Below, one piece after another: positions 49,932 to 59,571 of a stretch of DNA of 64,000 nt. Each line of letters starts with the position of its first letter. The first letter of the stretch is position 1. The notes below the pieces were generated by a model. The model worked only from the letters and a program-made list of their open reading frames with translations, was not told the DNA's origin and did not search any database. Origin of the DNA: an uncultured Ignavibacteria bacterium (GTDB taxonomy: Bacteria; Zixibacteria; MSB-5A5; UM-FILTER-46-8); assembly GCA_964563085.1 (NCBI GenBank), contig CAZLVS010000002.1, positions 64,091-128,090 on the forward strand. Reading direction: 5' to 3'. The translations under genes were made by a program, and so were the position numbers.

Positions 49932-50432
49932 ATGTTAGAAGAGGTAACATTAAAGAAAAGTATAGAGTTTGCAATAGCAACCGAGGAAAATGGCGCTAAG
50001 TTTTACGCTCGCTTAGCGAATAAATTCTCGGATAAAGAAGACCTGGCGGAGCTGTTCGCCAGATTGGCTAAGGATGAAGAAGTCCACAAGCGCCAGTTTT
50101 CCGCGCTGCTGGAAAAAGCCCCGGAAGAGAAAGATATAAGCGGCGCTCCGGAGAAGACCCAGTATCTGAAGGCGATGTCCGTTTCTGAGTTCTTTTCCAC
50201 CGATAGAGGACCTTTTGCGGATGCCGACTCTATCGAGACTTTCGATGATGCTTTGGGTAGGGCATTTGAATTGGAGAAAGCGACCTTAAGTTTTTATCAG
50301 GCAGTAAGCGACGTACTCGGTGAAAACGACATTCTTAACCAGATAATGGAGGCGGAAAAAGAGCATATTACCGCCATTATGAAAGTTATGATTACCGGGG
50401 GCAAATTCCGCAGTCTGCAGGATAAGTGGTAA
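49932..50432 (+). CDS. ferritin-like/rubrerythrin-family protein
   Basis: Paired helices with E..H motifs (DEEVHKRQF, EAEKEHITA). Confidence 0.65.
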   Translation: MLEEVTLKKSIEFAIATEENGAKFYARLANKFSDKEDLAELFARLAKDEEVHKRQFSALLEKAPEEKDISGAPEKTQYLKAMSVSEFFSTDRGPFADADSIETFDDALGRAFELEKATLSFYQAVSDVLGENDILNQIMEAEKEHITAIMKVMITGGKFRSLQDKW

Positions 50433-50489
50433 GCTAAAGACGGCTTATTGTCAGTACACGAATTAGTTTAACTTCAGAGTCCGCCTGTC

Positions 50490-50700
50490 AGCCAGAGGCT
50501 GGTTAACGCTCTCCCGAATCTATCGGGTACAAAAACCTGATGCGGTGTCAGACGACCTCGTCCGCCAACTAAACAAGGTATACGGGGACGCATGACTTGC
50601 ACGACGCGGCGTCAAACGTCCCCACCCGAACCCTATTCTATCGGGCCGCAAGGTGCGTCCGGTAGTGCGGGGCGCCGTTGTAAGGGCAAACGCTGAGAAA
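50490..50700. repeat. GC-rich structured intergenic element (family C repeat)
   Basis: CCCGAATCTATCGGG and CCCGAACCCTATTCTATCGGG palindromic motifs. 50630-50700 is the reverse complement of 58925-58985. Confidence 0.55.
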
Positions 50701-50871
50701 TGTATCATCATATATTTTTGATTTATACAACGAATGTTTACACCATTTGATCCACAATTCGTGAATGATAGAAATGGCGGGTCAAAAGTAATGTGCGTCA
50801 GTGATATGGATAATACACTGAGAAATTAGCTCTATCTGCATAAATCAGCCAGCTTAGAATCGGGAGATAAA

Positions 50872-52242
50872 ATGAAACTATTCGACACGCATGCGCATCT
50901 GGATTTTCCTCAATACGATAATATTCGTAAGGAAATCATAAAGGAGGCATTTGATTCCGGTCTGGACGGTATAATTAATATTGGGGTGGATATGGAATCC
51001 TCGGAAAAATCGATACAACTGGCGGATAGTTATGAAAATATCTGGGCGGCGGTCGGATTTCATCCGCACGATGCCAGCAAGCTGGGAAGGAGCAATTTCT
51101 ACAGATTAGAGAGGTTGGCGAAATCAAATAAAGTTGCAGCTATTGGTGAAACCGGACTGGACTTCTATCGCGATCTCAGCCCGCGCAAGGAGCAATATAA
51201 AGCGTTCGAAATGCAGATAGATTTGGCGAAGCGATTGGATTTACCGCTGGTTATTCATATACGCGATGCCTATGATGAGGCGATTGAGGCGCTGGAAACC
51301 GCCGAGGCAAGCGCAGTCGGCGGAGTCCTTCATTGTTTTGCAGGTGAAGAAAGACATATCGATAAGGCTAAGGAATTGGGATTTATCTTCTCCTTTAATG
51401 GCACCATTACATACAAAAATTCCAAAGCCCCGCGTATGGCGGCTTACGCCGGACTTGAAAATATTATAATCGAAACAGATTGCCCGTATCTCGCTCCTCA
51501 AGCTTACCGGGGTAAACTGAACAAACCATCCTATGTAAGTTATGTTGCCGATAAACTCTCGGAGATATTCGACCGTTACAGCCCCGAAGATATCGCTCGC
51601 ATAACTTATGATAATGCCACTGAGCTATTCAAAATAGGAACCGATGCCGGTACGATTGCCTATGAAATCAAAGGAAACCTGTATCTGAATATTACCAACA
51701 GGTGTAGTAATAGCTGCTTCTTCTGTGCCGGAAACAGCGATTACACGGTTAGAGGCAATTATCTTAAACTAAATCGAGAGCCCTCCGTGGAAGAAATCAA
51801 AAATGCCGTCGGCGACATTTCCGGCTACGAAGAAATTGTCTTTTGCGGCTATGGAGAACCGACCTATCGGATGGAGATTATGCTGGAGGCTGCCGGGTAT
51901 CTGAAATCAAAAGGGGCGCAATTGAGATTAAATACTAACGGACAGGGCTCGCTATTAAACAATCGCGATATTACCGATGACCTCGCTAAGTATTTCGATA
52001 GAGTGTCAATCAGCATAAATGCGCCGACCAAGGAGCAGTACAATAAAATATGCAAACCGGAATCTCCCGAAAAAGCGTTCGATTCAGTTGTGGATTTTAT
52101 CCGTGATTGTCGCGGAAAAATCCCTGAGGTAATCGTATCGGTAGTCGATATTCCCAAATTAGATATAAGCGAGTGCCAGAGGTTTGCAGATGAGTTGGGA
52201 GTTCAATTTCGCTTAAGACCACTAAATAAGTTATCGAGATAA
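50872..52242 (+). CDS. TatD-family metal-dependent hydrolase fused to a C-terminal radical SAM domain
   Basis: N-terminal MKLFDTHAHLDFPQYD TatD signature (~255 aa). C-terminal CSNSCFFC (CxxxCxxC) plus GYGEPT SAM-binding motif. Confidence 0.8.
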   Translation: MKLFDTHAHLDFPQYDNIRKEIIKEAFDSGLDGIINIGVDMESSEKSIQLADSYENIWAAVGFHPHDASKLGRSNFYRLERLAKSNKVAAIGETGLDFYRDLSPRKEQYKAFEMQIDLAKRLDLPLVIHIRDAYDEAIEALETAEASAVGGVLHCFAGEERHIDKAKELGFIFSFNGTITYKNSKAPRMAAYAGLENIIIETDCPYLAPQAYRGKLNKPSYVSYVADKLSEIFDRYSPEDIARITYDNATELFKIGTDAGTIAYEIKGNLYLNITNRCSNSCFFCAGNSDYTVRGNYLKLNREPSVEEIKNAVGDISGYEEIVFCGYGEPTYRMEIMLEAAGYLKSKGAQLRLNTNGQGSLLNNRDITDDLAKYFDRVSISINAPTKEQYNKICKPESPEKAFDSVVDFIRDCRGKIPEVIVSVVDIPKLDISECQRFADELGVQFRLRPLNKLSR

Positions 52243-52250
52243 GTATATAA

Positions 52251-53039
52251 TTGAGCAAAAAATCGCTTTCCCAGTATTTCCTGATCAATTATGAGATAGC
52301 GCGGGATATGGCTGAGATCGCTGCGCGTTATTCGCCAGATGAAAATGTTGTTGAGATAGGCGGCGGCAGGGGGATACTCACCAGGGCTCTTCTGCAGCAG
52401 GGATTAAGCGTAAGAACTGTTGAAATAGACCCGAAGTTAGCGGATTACCTTGCGGAGAGCTATCGCAATAATACCAGCCTTACCGTTGTGAATGAAGATA
52501 TATTAAAACTGAATCCGGCTGCCGTCTCAAAAAACGGTGATATTTCATTATGCGGCAATATACCTTATCATATATCGGGTTTAATTCTCAGATGGATCTC
52601 CGAGAACTCCCGGCATATCTCACATGTGGTTTTAATGGTGCAAAAGGAGGTCGGTTTGAGGATTTCCGGCAGGCCCGGGGATAGAGAATTCGGCGCGCTT
52701 AGTATAATCCTGGGTATTGATTATGATACCGAGTATTTGTTTGATGTGAATAAAGAGAATTTTAAACCGCAGCCAAAGGTAGATTCGGCTGTGGTGCGGC
52801 TTGGAAGGAAGCCGGAACCTATGATATGCGCTGACGATAGAGCTGCATTCATTATGCTGGTTAAACGAGCGTTTTCGGCAAGAAGGAAAAAGATAATTAA
52901 CAGTCTTAAGGGGTATCGAGGTTTAAATACGGAGAGGCTATCCGAATTCTTTAATAGGTGCGGTTTGGATTCAAACCTCCGTCCCGATAAAATATCTATT
53001 TCGGAATATATAAAGCTTTATTATGTTATCCATCGGTGA
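52251..53039 (+). CDS. rsmA: 16S rRNA (adenine1518/1519-N6)-dimethyltransferase
   Basis: SLSQYFL (GQNFL-like). SAM motif VVEIGGGRGILT. TTG start 8 nt after the upstream stop. Confidence 0.8.
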   Translation: MSKKSLSQYFLINYEIARDMAEIAARYSPDENVVEIGGGRGILTRALLQQGLSVRTVEIDPKLADYLAESYRNNTSLTVVNEDILKLNPAAVSKNGDISLCGNIPYHISGLILRWISENSRHISHVVLMVQKEVGLRISGRPGDREFGALSIILGIDYDTEYLFDVNKENFKPQPKVDSAVVRLGRKPEPMICADDRAAFIMLVKRAFSARRKKIINSLKGYRGLNTERLSEFFNRCGLDSNLRPDKISISEYIKLYYVIHR

Positions 53040-53067
53040 TAACCTCTCAGATAAACATAGATAAATT

Positions 53068-54927
53068 ATGACAAAGACTGCCGCAGCCGCTTTTTCACTT
53101 ATTCTGTGCTTCTTCCTCACTTCGGGCGATTTACTGAGTTCCTCATTAACCGCAATATTCAACCAGGATAATCAGACATACAGATGGGACACTTCGCTTC
53201 TCTACAACTACAATCCGAGTTCAGATTTTACCCTCGAGCTTTCCACAAACACCCAATCGACTCTTATAAAAAGATCACTATTAGCCGACGGGGCGAATCA
53301 ATGGCAGGAAAACCGGGACGCGAGGGCAAGGGGTTTCTACGATTTCAGTGATAATTTCGGGATCACCGCCGAAATTTTCCGGGGTTACTCCGCCCTCGGG
53401 GACAGGAATATAGACGATTCGGAGATATTAACCGGAGCCGACTACAGACCGAATGATTGGCTTTCGTTTCAATATTTACTTGGGGCGATGATCACTTCGC
53501 GGGATGAACCAATCGGCAGCCGTATAGATAAGGGAGCAAAAATGAGTTGGAAGGGAGTTCTGGATAAGCAGATTCTGGGTGCGGACAAATTTAATATTCA
53601 GCTCGGTATCGAGGAGGAGATTTTCCGTGCGATCCCCTCCAATCAGTTCGCTTTAAGCAGCGTCTATCAGAAGAGTTTTAGCACCGGGGACAGTCTTAGT
53701 CTGCAATTCGAGAGTCTTAACGCAAAGAAGAGGTATTATTCCTCATCTCTGGAGTTCGAGGAAACCAACACACAGAAGAAGCGCGAGTACGATTTTAACG
53801 GAAAGGTGTTCAAACATCTCTTTCTCGATCTGAATTTGATTACCGAAGGAGATGCAGCCTTTCAGGAGTATTTATACGAGACAACGGATACTGCCAGCGG
53901 TTTTATTAACATCACGAATCGTGACAATGCCAGGCTTTCTCAGAATGTCATCTTTAAATTGCAAAGGATTTTCAGACCATACTCGATGCATATTCAAACA
54001 TCCGTATCATACAGATACAACGGCTACGATGAGGATTTCGGGCAGGATGACCGCGATGAGAAATCAGCATTCGGGGAATTCGGTTCCTCCGTTACGGTTC
54101 TTATTACCGAGAGCGATACGGTTGCATCCGAATATTTCGCAGCGGTGCGTTCCTTTTATCATCCGAATGAATTCGCGCCAAATCTGGACAGGGATGTTGT
54201 AAGTCAGCTTTGGAACCTGCGATACTCGCGAATCTGGAGCGAATATCTAAATAGCTCAATTCAATTCAGCTACAGGAATTATCATCAAGTATACATTTAC
54301 GGAGAGCGTTCCGCTGATAACAACCGCAATTATACCTATCTGCTGGCGCCTAAAATTAGCTGGTATATATCGCCTCGGCTAATCGTCTCACAGGCATTCG
54401 AAATACAAGCCAACTATATAACCTATGACTACGAAAGGGCTATTCTGAGTTCTCGAAACCGGATATTCAGAAGGGGCGATAACAGAAGTAGAATAACATT
54501 CATCACGGGTAGAAATCTCACCGTTAACCTTGAATATGGATATCGATACGAAGATTATGGACAGTTGGTTTACCAGGAGCAATGGCAGCAGCTAACCAGC
54601 TGGGACAGGCGAACCCATCTGGGATTTATCGGGTTTGATTATTATCCGGTATCGCATGTAAGGGTGTCGCCGGGATACAGCTTTGATTACAAAAGGGAAT
54701 GGGATCATTCCGAGGAGATAGAAGTCATTGAAAATGATACTACTTACACAAAAGTGAGGACTATGGTGGATCGTCAAGATCAGCGAACCATATTGCTTGA
54801 GGTTGAGTATAAATTCAGTGAGACCGAGCAGCTGCTATTTGGCATCAGTAATCGAATAATTAATGGATGGAGGCGCGGGCATATCCGCGATGAGAATTTT
54901 ACTATTTCTTTAATGAAGTTTTTTTAG
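53068..54927 (+). CDS. putative outer-membrane beta-barrel protein, unknown family
   Basis: Signal peptide. Alternating amphipathic strands. C-terminal ...SLMKFF (terminal Phe). Confidence 0.6.
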   Translation: MTKTAAAAFSLILCFFLTSGDLLSSSLTAIFNQDNQTYRWDTSLLYNYNPSSDFTLELSTNTQSTLIKRSLLADGANQWQENRDARARGFYDFSDNFGITAEIFRGYSALGDRNIDDSEILTGADYRPNDWLSFQYLLGAMITSRDEPIGSRIDKGAKMSWKGVLDKQILGADKFNIQLGIEEEIFRAIPSNQFALSSVYQKSFSTGDSLSLQFESLNAKKRYYSSSLEFEETNTQKKREYDFNGKVFKHLFLDLNLITEGDAAFQEYLYETTDTASGFINITNRDNARLSQNVIFKLQRIFRPYSMHIQTSVSYRYNGYDEDFGQDDRDEKSAFGEFGSSVTVLITESDTVASEYFAAVRSFYHPNEFAPNLDRDVVSQLWNLRYSRIWSEYLNSSIQFSYRNYHQVYIYGERSADNNRNYTYLLAPKISWYISPRLIVSQAFEIQANYITYDYERAILSSRNRIFRRGDNRSRITFITGRNLTVNLEYGYRYEDYGQLVYQEQWQQLTSWDRRTHLGFIGFDYYPVSHVRVSPGYSFDYKREWDHSEEIEVIENDTTYTKVRTMVDRQDQRTILLEVEYKFSETEQLLFGISNRIINGWRRGHIRDENFTISLMKFF

Positions 54928-54939
54928 TAGATTGATGAT

Positions 54940-55554
54940 ATGAGCTTGAGAATACAATCGTTAGTTTTCCTTTTAATATTCTTGCTATCCGTAATAGGAT
55001 GTAAAAATCCCTTCTCTCACCGTTCCAGTGATGAACCTGTGGGGACATCCGGTACCTGGGATTTTCCGGCGGCGCCGGAAATAGTGATAAGCAATCTGCT
55101 TTTCTCATATAATGAGCGGAATATTAATAACTTCCGCCGATGCTTGTCTGATTCCTTTATGTTTTCCGCTTATGAGGATTCAATAGAAGCGGAGCAAAAC
55201 GGCGAGGGATTTCTTTTTCACGGATGGGATGCGGATACAGAGGAATCGGTGACACGACGTATCTTTCAGGCGTTCCCGGCGGGATCAGATTCGCTGCAGA
55301 TGATATTATTAATAGACCTATCATCCAATCCGATCGATGAGATCGATGATTCTACGGCAACCCTGGTCAGAACCTATAACATAACCGCAATAGATTTCAC
55401 ATCCGATGCAACGGATACCTTGGGCGTCGAGGGTGAAGCGACTTTTAAGATGAGCCGGTCAAGCCTGGAGGGCTGGAGCATTTATTTGTGGTCGGATAGA
55501 GCGGCTAAGGGCGTGGATTTCAATTGGGCTGATTTTAAGGCTTTATTTAGGTGA
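54940..55554 (+). CDS. putative lipoprotein (paralog of next gene)
   Basis: Lipobox LLSVIGC. Shares NIxxF..L.P.F.F.YxD pattern with 55551-56111. Confidence 0.6.
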   Translation: MSLRIQSLVFLLIFLLSVIGCKNPFSHRSSDEPVGTSGTWDFPAAPEIVISNLLFSYNERNINNFRRCLSDSFMFSAYEDSIEAEQNGEGFLFHGWDADTEESVTRRIFQAFPAGSDSLQMILLIDLSSNPIDEIDDSTATLVRTYNITAIDFTSDATDTLGVEGEATFKMSRSSLEGWSIYLWSDRAAKGVDFNWADFKALFR

Positions 55555-56111
55555 ATATGTTCCTTCGGCTCCTCTCCATACTGATATTCGCCGCACTGTC
55601 AGCTATCGTTTCGGTTTGTGTTAATCCTTTTTCTCCCCCGGAAGCCGGTTCCGGTTTGTATAAACCGATTGCGGCTCAAAGCGACCCCGATAGCGTTTTG
55701 GCGAACTTTAAATACGCTTATGAAAACCGAGATATAAATATCTATGAACATACGCTGGCGCCGGGATTCGTTTTCGTCTATTACGATCAGGACCTCGAAG
55801 GAAGAATCGAGACAATTACCGTACCGCGTGATGGAATCGGCGGTGATATCTATCGCACGACCGGTTTATTCGAAGCTTTCGATGAGATTCGGCTGGGGAC
55901 CTGGCAGGTTCTGGAAACTGACCCGGAACCCGAGGATCCGCCGGACTGGGAAGCTCGTCAGGTTTTGTTTCACTTATCTTTAAAGGATATAAGCGGCGAT
56001 CTCGGTTATTTACAGATGGAAGCCACCGGCAGAGCCCTATTTAAGTTCGAAAAGGATGAGGGCGGTACCTGGCGTATTATTGTATGGGAAGACCTCTCCA
56101 TCCCAAATTAA
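55551..56111 (+). CDS. putative secreted/lipo-protein (paralog of previous gene)
   Basis: 4-nt overlap with the upstream gene. Signal peptide ending VSVC. Confidence 0.6.
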   Translation: MNMFLRLLSILIFAALSAIVSVCVNPFSPPEAGSGLYKPIAAQSDPDSVLANFKYAYENRDINIYEHTLAPGFVFVYYDQDLEGRIETITVPRDGIGGDIYRTTGLFEAFDEIRLGTWQVLETDPEPEDPPDWEARQVLFHLSLKDISGDLGYLQMEATGRALFKFEKDEGGTWRIIVWEDLSIPN

Positions 56112-56129
56112 GAGGAAAGTCGCAGATAA

Positions 56130-57305
56130 TTGGCTTCGAAAGGGAAAAAGGAAAGTTCATCTAAAGGCAGGATCAGCCGCAAACAGCGGGCGAAGTCTAC
56201 CGGCAGTCTTAGTTGGAAAGTATTTTTCGTCATAATCGCAGCAGCTATATTGTTCGTGGGGACTATCATCCTCCACAAGGATTTAGCCCGCCTTTTCGAT
56301 TCATTAACGGCAGAACGGGCAGGGCAATCAAGTGATTATACGGCGCTTGAGGATGCAATCATGGCTGCTGCGGTCTCATTCGGAATAAATCCGGATAATA
56401 TCCGGGTTAGTTTCTCCGGTCCGGATGAGGATTTAACCGGAGCCAGCAATGATATCAGGATATCGCATTTATATCCCAAAACGCTATTTCATCTCAAACT
56501 CCGCGACAATTTGGTGCCTACCGGTTTTACGATAGAAGATTGTATTGAAAGCAGAAATGGGGATTTTATGACCTTTCAAATCTCTCATCCCGATTTCCGC
56601 GACTATCGTTTCAATTTAATATCGGACCGGTCGGCGAAACCCCAAGCCTCTTATTATTCCGTGATTATCGATCACGTTCAATCACTGCCCTCGGAACAGA
56701 GGGTTAGGTTAGCCGATGATGGGGCATTCTATACGTTCATATTGACTCCCGGTGTAAGAGGATTTACCAAAACCAGACAAGAGCTGGTTTCCAAACAGAG
56801 ACAGATTATATACGAGGTGCCGCTGGAGAGCCGTAAATTTGTTGGATTGATGAATGCCGCCGCTTCGATAGTAGGACTTAGGAGGGTCAGCGATTTGGAA
56901 CAGGCTATGAACACCTTAAAGGGTTTATGCCGGGATTTTAACTATCTTTATGTGCGCGGCAAGGAATGGAACTTGAGCGAAGAGCTGGCAAGGAAATTGG
57001 GCGAGGCTGGATTTGTTATATTCGCCGGTGGAGAACCGGTGAATCGAAAGGAGATCGACATATTCCTGCAAGGCGGCGGCAGGATAGTTAAAACGACCGA
57101 GCGTATGGAAAGCGATTCCCGGGATAAACTTCGCATGGATCTACTCCGATACCACCGCGAAGAACTGCTTTTTAATAATTGGGGTATCATTATTGTAGAA
57201 GCCAATGCCGGTCTGCATGAAAACCTCGGTAATTCCGTTGACTATTTAAACAGATTTAATTGTAAATTAACTCCGATTTCTCAGATTCTTCTGAGGATCG
57301 GATAA
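56130..57305 (+). CDS. membrane-anchored hypothetical protein (basic N-terminus, single TM, large extracytoplasmic domain)
   Basis: MASKGKKESSSKGRISRKQRAK followed by a TM helix FFVIIAAAILFVGTIIL. Confidence 0.6.
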   Translation: MASKGKKESSSKGRISRKQRAKSTGSLSWKVFFVIIAAAILFVGTIILHKDLARLFDSLTAERAGQSSDYTALEDAIMAAAVSFGINPDNIRVSFSGPDEDLTGASNDIRISHLYPKTLFHLKLRDNLVPTGFTIEDCIESRNGDFMTFQISHPDFRDYRFNLISDRSAKPQASYYSVIIDHVQSLPSEQRVRLADDGAFYTFILTPGVRGFTKTRQELVSKQRQIIYEVPLESRKFVGLMNAAASIVGLRRVSDLEQAMNTLKGLCRDFNYLYVRGKEWNLSEELARKLGEAGFVIFAGGEPVNRKEIDIFLQGGGRIVKTTERMESDSRDKLRMDLLRYHREELLFNNWGIIIVEANAGLHENLGNSVDYLNRFNCKLTPISQILLRIG

Positions 57306-57335
57306 TCTTCTATTGAATAATAAGGATAAAAGGAA

Positions 57336-58049
57336 ATGGCGAGATTAAGTATTCGGATCGATGAGATTGCGGCATTGCGGGAGATTGGCGACCGAAAATC
57401 GCCCGATCCGGTCAAGGTTGCGGTTGCCGCTGAAATGTACGGCGCCAATGGGATTACAATCCGTTTGGGCGAAAAGCGCTACTATTCCAAAGAACGCGAC
57501 CTGTTTCTTCTTAAGGATTTGCTGAATATCGGATTGATGCTGGAAATAACTCCCACCGAATCAATGATTGAGCTGGCGCTGAAAGCCAAACCGGAGATAG
57601 TCAATCTTATTCCGGTCAATCAACAAGCTCTGTCAGAAGGGATGGGTCTGGATCTGGAGAACGAGTTCGATCTGATTACCGAAACATCAGCTCGATTGCA
57701 ATTACAGGATATTCTGGTATCACTATTTATCGCCCCCGAAATCGATCAACTGAAAAGAGCGGCTAAAATCAAGGCTGACTACGTTGAATTATCCACAATT
57801 CCCTATGCGATTGCCGATACTGCAGTAAAGGAATCCGAGGAGCTGGAAAGGTTATCATCGATTAGCATGGCAGCATCCAAACTGCAGCTCGGGGTAATGG
57901 GGGGGCGCGGGCTTCGATATGATAACATCAAAGCGGTAGCCGAACTGGGAACTTTCGAAGAATTTATCATTGGCCACTCACTTATGAGCCGAGCTGTATT
58001 TGTAGGTTTAAACCAAGCGATAAAAGACATGGAAAATCTCATCAAATGA
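57336..58049 (+). CDS. pdxJ: pyridoxine 5'-phosphate synthase
   Basis: IRIDEIAALREIGDRKSPDPVKVAVAAEMYGANGITIRLGEKRYYSKERDL matches the PdxJ N-terminal signature. Confidence 0.8.
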   Translation: MARLSIRIDEIAALREIGDRKSPDPVKVAVAAEMYGANGITIRLGEKRYYSKERDLFLLKDLLNIGLMLEITPTESMIELALKAKPEIVNLIPVNQQALSEGMGLDLENEFDLITETSARLQLQDILVSLFIAPEIDQLKRAAKIKADYVELSTIPYAIADTAVKESEELERLSSISMAASKLQLGVMGGRGLRYDNIKAVAELGTFEEFIIGHSLMSRAVFVGLNQAIKDMENLIK

Positions 58050-58186
58050 TTACATAGGGTCTCAAATTGTTCGGCGAGAGCTGAAATATATTTTCAAGCT
58101 GGACAACGCAATTCCTATTGCCTTAATTTCAAAAGCGGTTTAGGTTTAATCCGAGTGGATTTACCAATCGATAATCATAGGATACG

Positions 58187-58840
58187 ATGTTACATAATAA
58201 AATACGTCTGCTTCTCGCTGAAAATCATGAATTGTTATCCGATGGTTTGATCCGGATGTTATCGACTAAAGATGATCTGGAAGTTATCGAGACGGCTCGC
58301 GACGGCGAGGAGGTATTCGAAAAAGTCGGCTCATTAAGCCCTGATGTAGTGATTATCAGCCTGATGCTGCCTTTGGTTGGCGGCGTACCGGTAGTAAAAC
58401 GGATCTCCAAGCATTATCCGAAAACTCATTCGGTTATCCTGAGTCCGTTTGGTAACGAGGCGCAACTGAGGGAATCATTGGAAGCCGGGAGCCGCGGATT
58501 TCTTATTCGGCAGAGTCCGTTCGATGAATTAATCCACGCTATTTATCACGCATCGAGGGGCGATTACTACCTGCCTCCTCAACTCGGCAAAAATCTCGTG
58601 TCGGAATATATAAGACCTATCGTGGAATTCCGCAAAAGCTCCGGCGCCATCACTCAACGCGAGCGCGAAATCGCTATACTTCTTTCCAATGGTTATTCCA
58701 CCAAGGAAGCCGCGGAATTACTTCATATAAGCCCTAAAACTGCTGAAACTCATCGCGCCTCCATTATGAAGAAACTATCGGCAAAGAATGTCACCGATGT
58801 CGTCAAGTACTGCGTCCGCAATAAGCTCATAGAGCCTTAA
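58187..58840 (+). CDS. LuxR/NarL-family response regulator with degenerate (Asp-less) receiver domain
   Basis: C-terminal HTH REREIAILLSNGYSTKEAAELLHISPKTAETHRASIMKKL. Receiver has ENHE in place of DD and Ser at the phospho-acceptor position (VVIISLMLP). Confidence 0.75.
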   Translation: MLHNKIRLLLAENHELLSDGLIRMLSTKDDLEVIETARDGEEVFEKVGSLSPDVVIISLMLPLVGGVPVVKRISKHYPKTHSVILSPFGNEAQLRESLEAGSRGFLIRQSPFDELIHAIYHASRGDYYLPPQLGKNLVSEYIRPIVEFRKSSGAITQREREIAILLSNGYSTKEAAELLHISPKTAETHRASIMKKLSAKNVTDVVKYCVRNKLIEP

Positions 58841-58924
58841 CCGGTGTCCCTTATCAATTCAGAAGATGCAGGAGTGGGTCAAATGGTGCAAGTATCGGCT
58901 GCATTAATCAGATGCACTGGATGA

Positions 58925-58985
58925 AGACATGCTTAAGCGCTCTCTTTTACAACGGCGAACCACCCTACCGGACGCAACTTGCGGT
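58925..58985. repeat. family C repeat copy (inverted relative to 50630-50700)
   Basis: TTACAACGGCGAACCACCCTACCGGACGCAACTTGCGGTCCGATAGAATCGGG. Confidence 0.55.
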
Positions 58986-59019
58986 CCGATAGAATCGGGA
59001 TCGCGCTTGGTTAACCTGT

Positions 59020-59178
59020 ATTATTCACGAATTTAGTTATCGGTGGAGGAAGCCTTGCGCTTCCGGCGTTTTTTGAAATCCTCTATTCCAATCCGTAAAT
59101 GATCTACTTCTATCAAACTCCCAAAGGACATGTCTTCGGCTGCGGATTAACAGTCTTTATGAATTATCCGGGCTAAGG
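59020..59178 (+). repeat. MITE-like intergenic repeat, family A copy 4
   Basis: CCTGTATTATTCACGAATTT...GGAAGCCTTGCGCTTCCGG...CCCAAAGGACATGTCTTCGG...TTTATGAATTATCCGGGCTAAG. Confidence 0.7.
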
Positions 59179-59571
59179 CGGGTATGTCTTCTGCTCCAAT
59201 AACGAAATTTATGAATAATACAGACCAGGGTTGGCTGTGCAGATAATTTACCACAAACTGCATAATATTGCATGGCATTCATCAAAAATTTGGTTAAGTA
59301 TTCGCAAAATTTCTGCCATCGTAGCTGCAATCTATTATCTGTTTAAACCTTATACAGATTAACTCAATCCGAATTTAAGTACACAGGCATCGGCATAAAA
59401 ATTGCTTAATTCTAACATTGGTAGTGATTTTATCTCTATAATTATATTCGAATATGACCATTTATACCGTTGGTAGTTGGTATTAGTGGTTTGGACTGGT
59501 AGTAGGTTTTCCTAACCAGATACATTTATATACTTGAGTTTTAACAGTTCATATTAAACAAAGGAGTGACC

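Noticed and set aside
59566-59571. GTG at 59566 as start of the last T9SS gene
   Set aside because: It overlaps the AAAGGAG Shine-Dalgarno. The GTG at 59572 has proper spacing.
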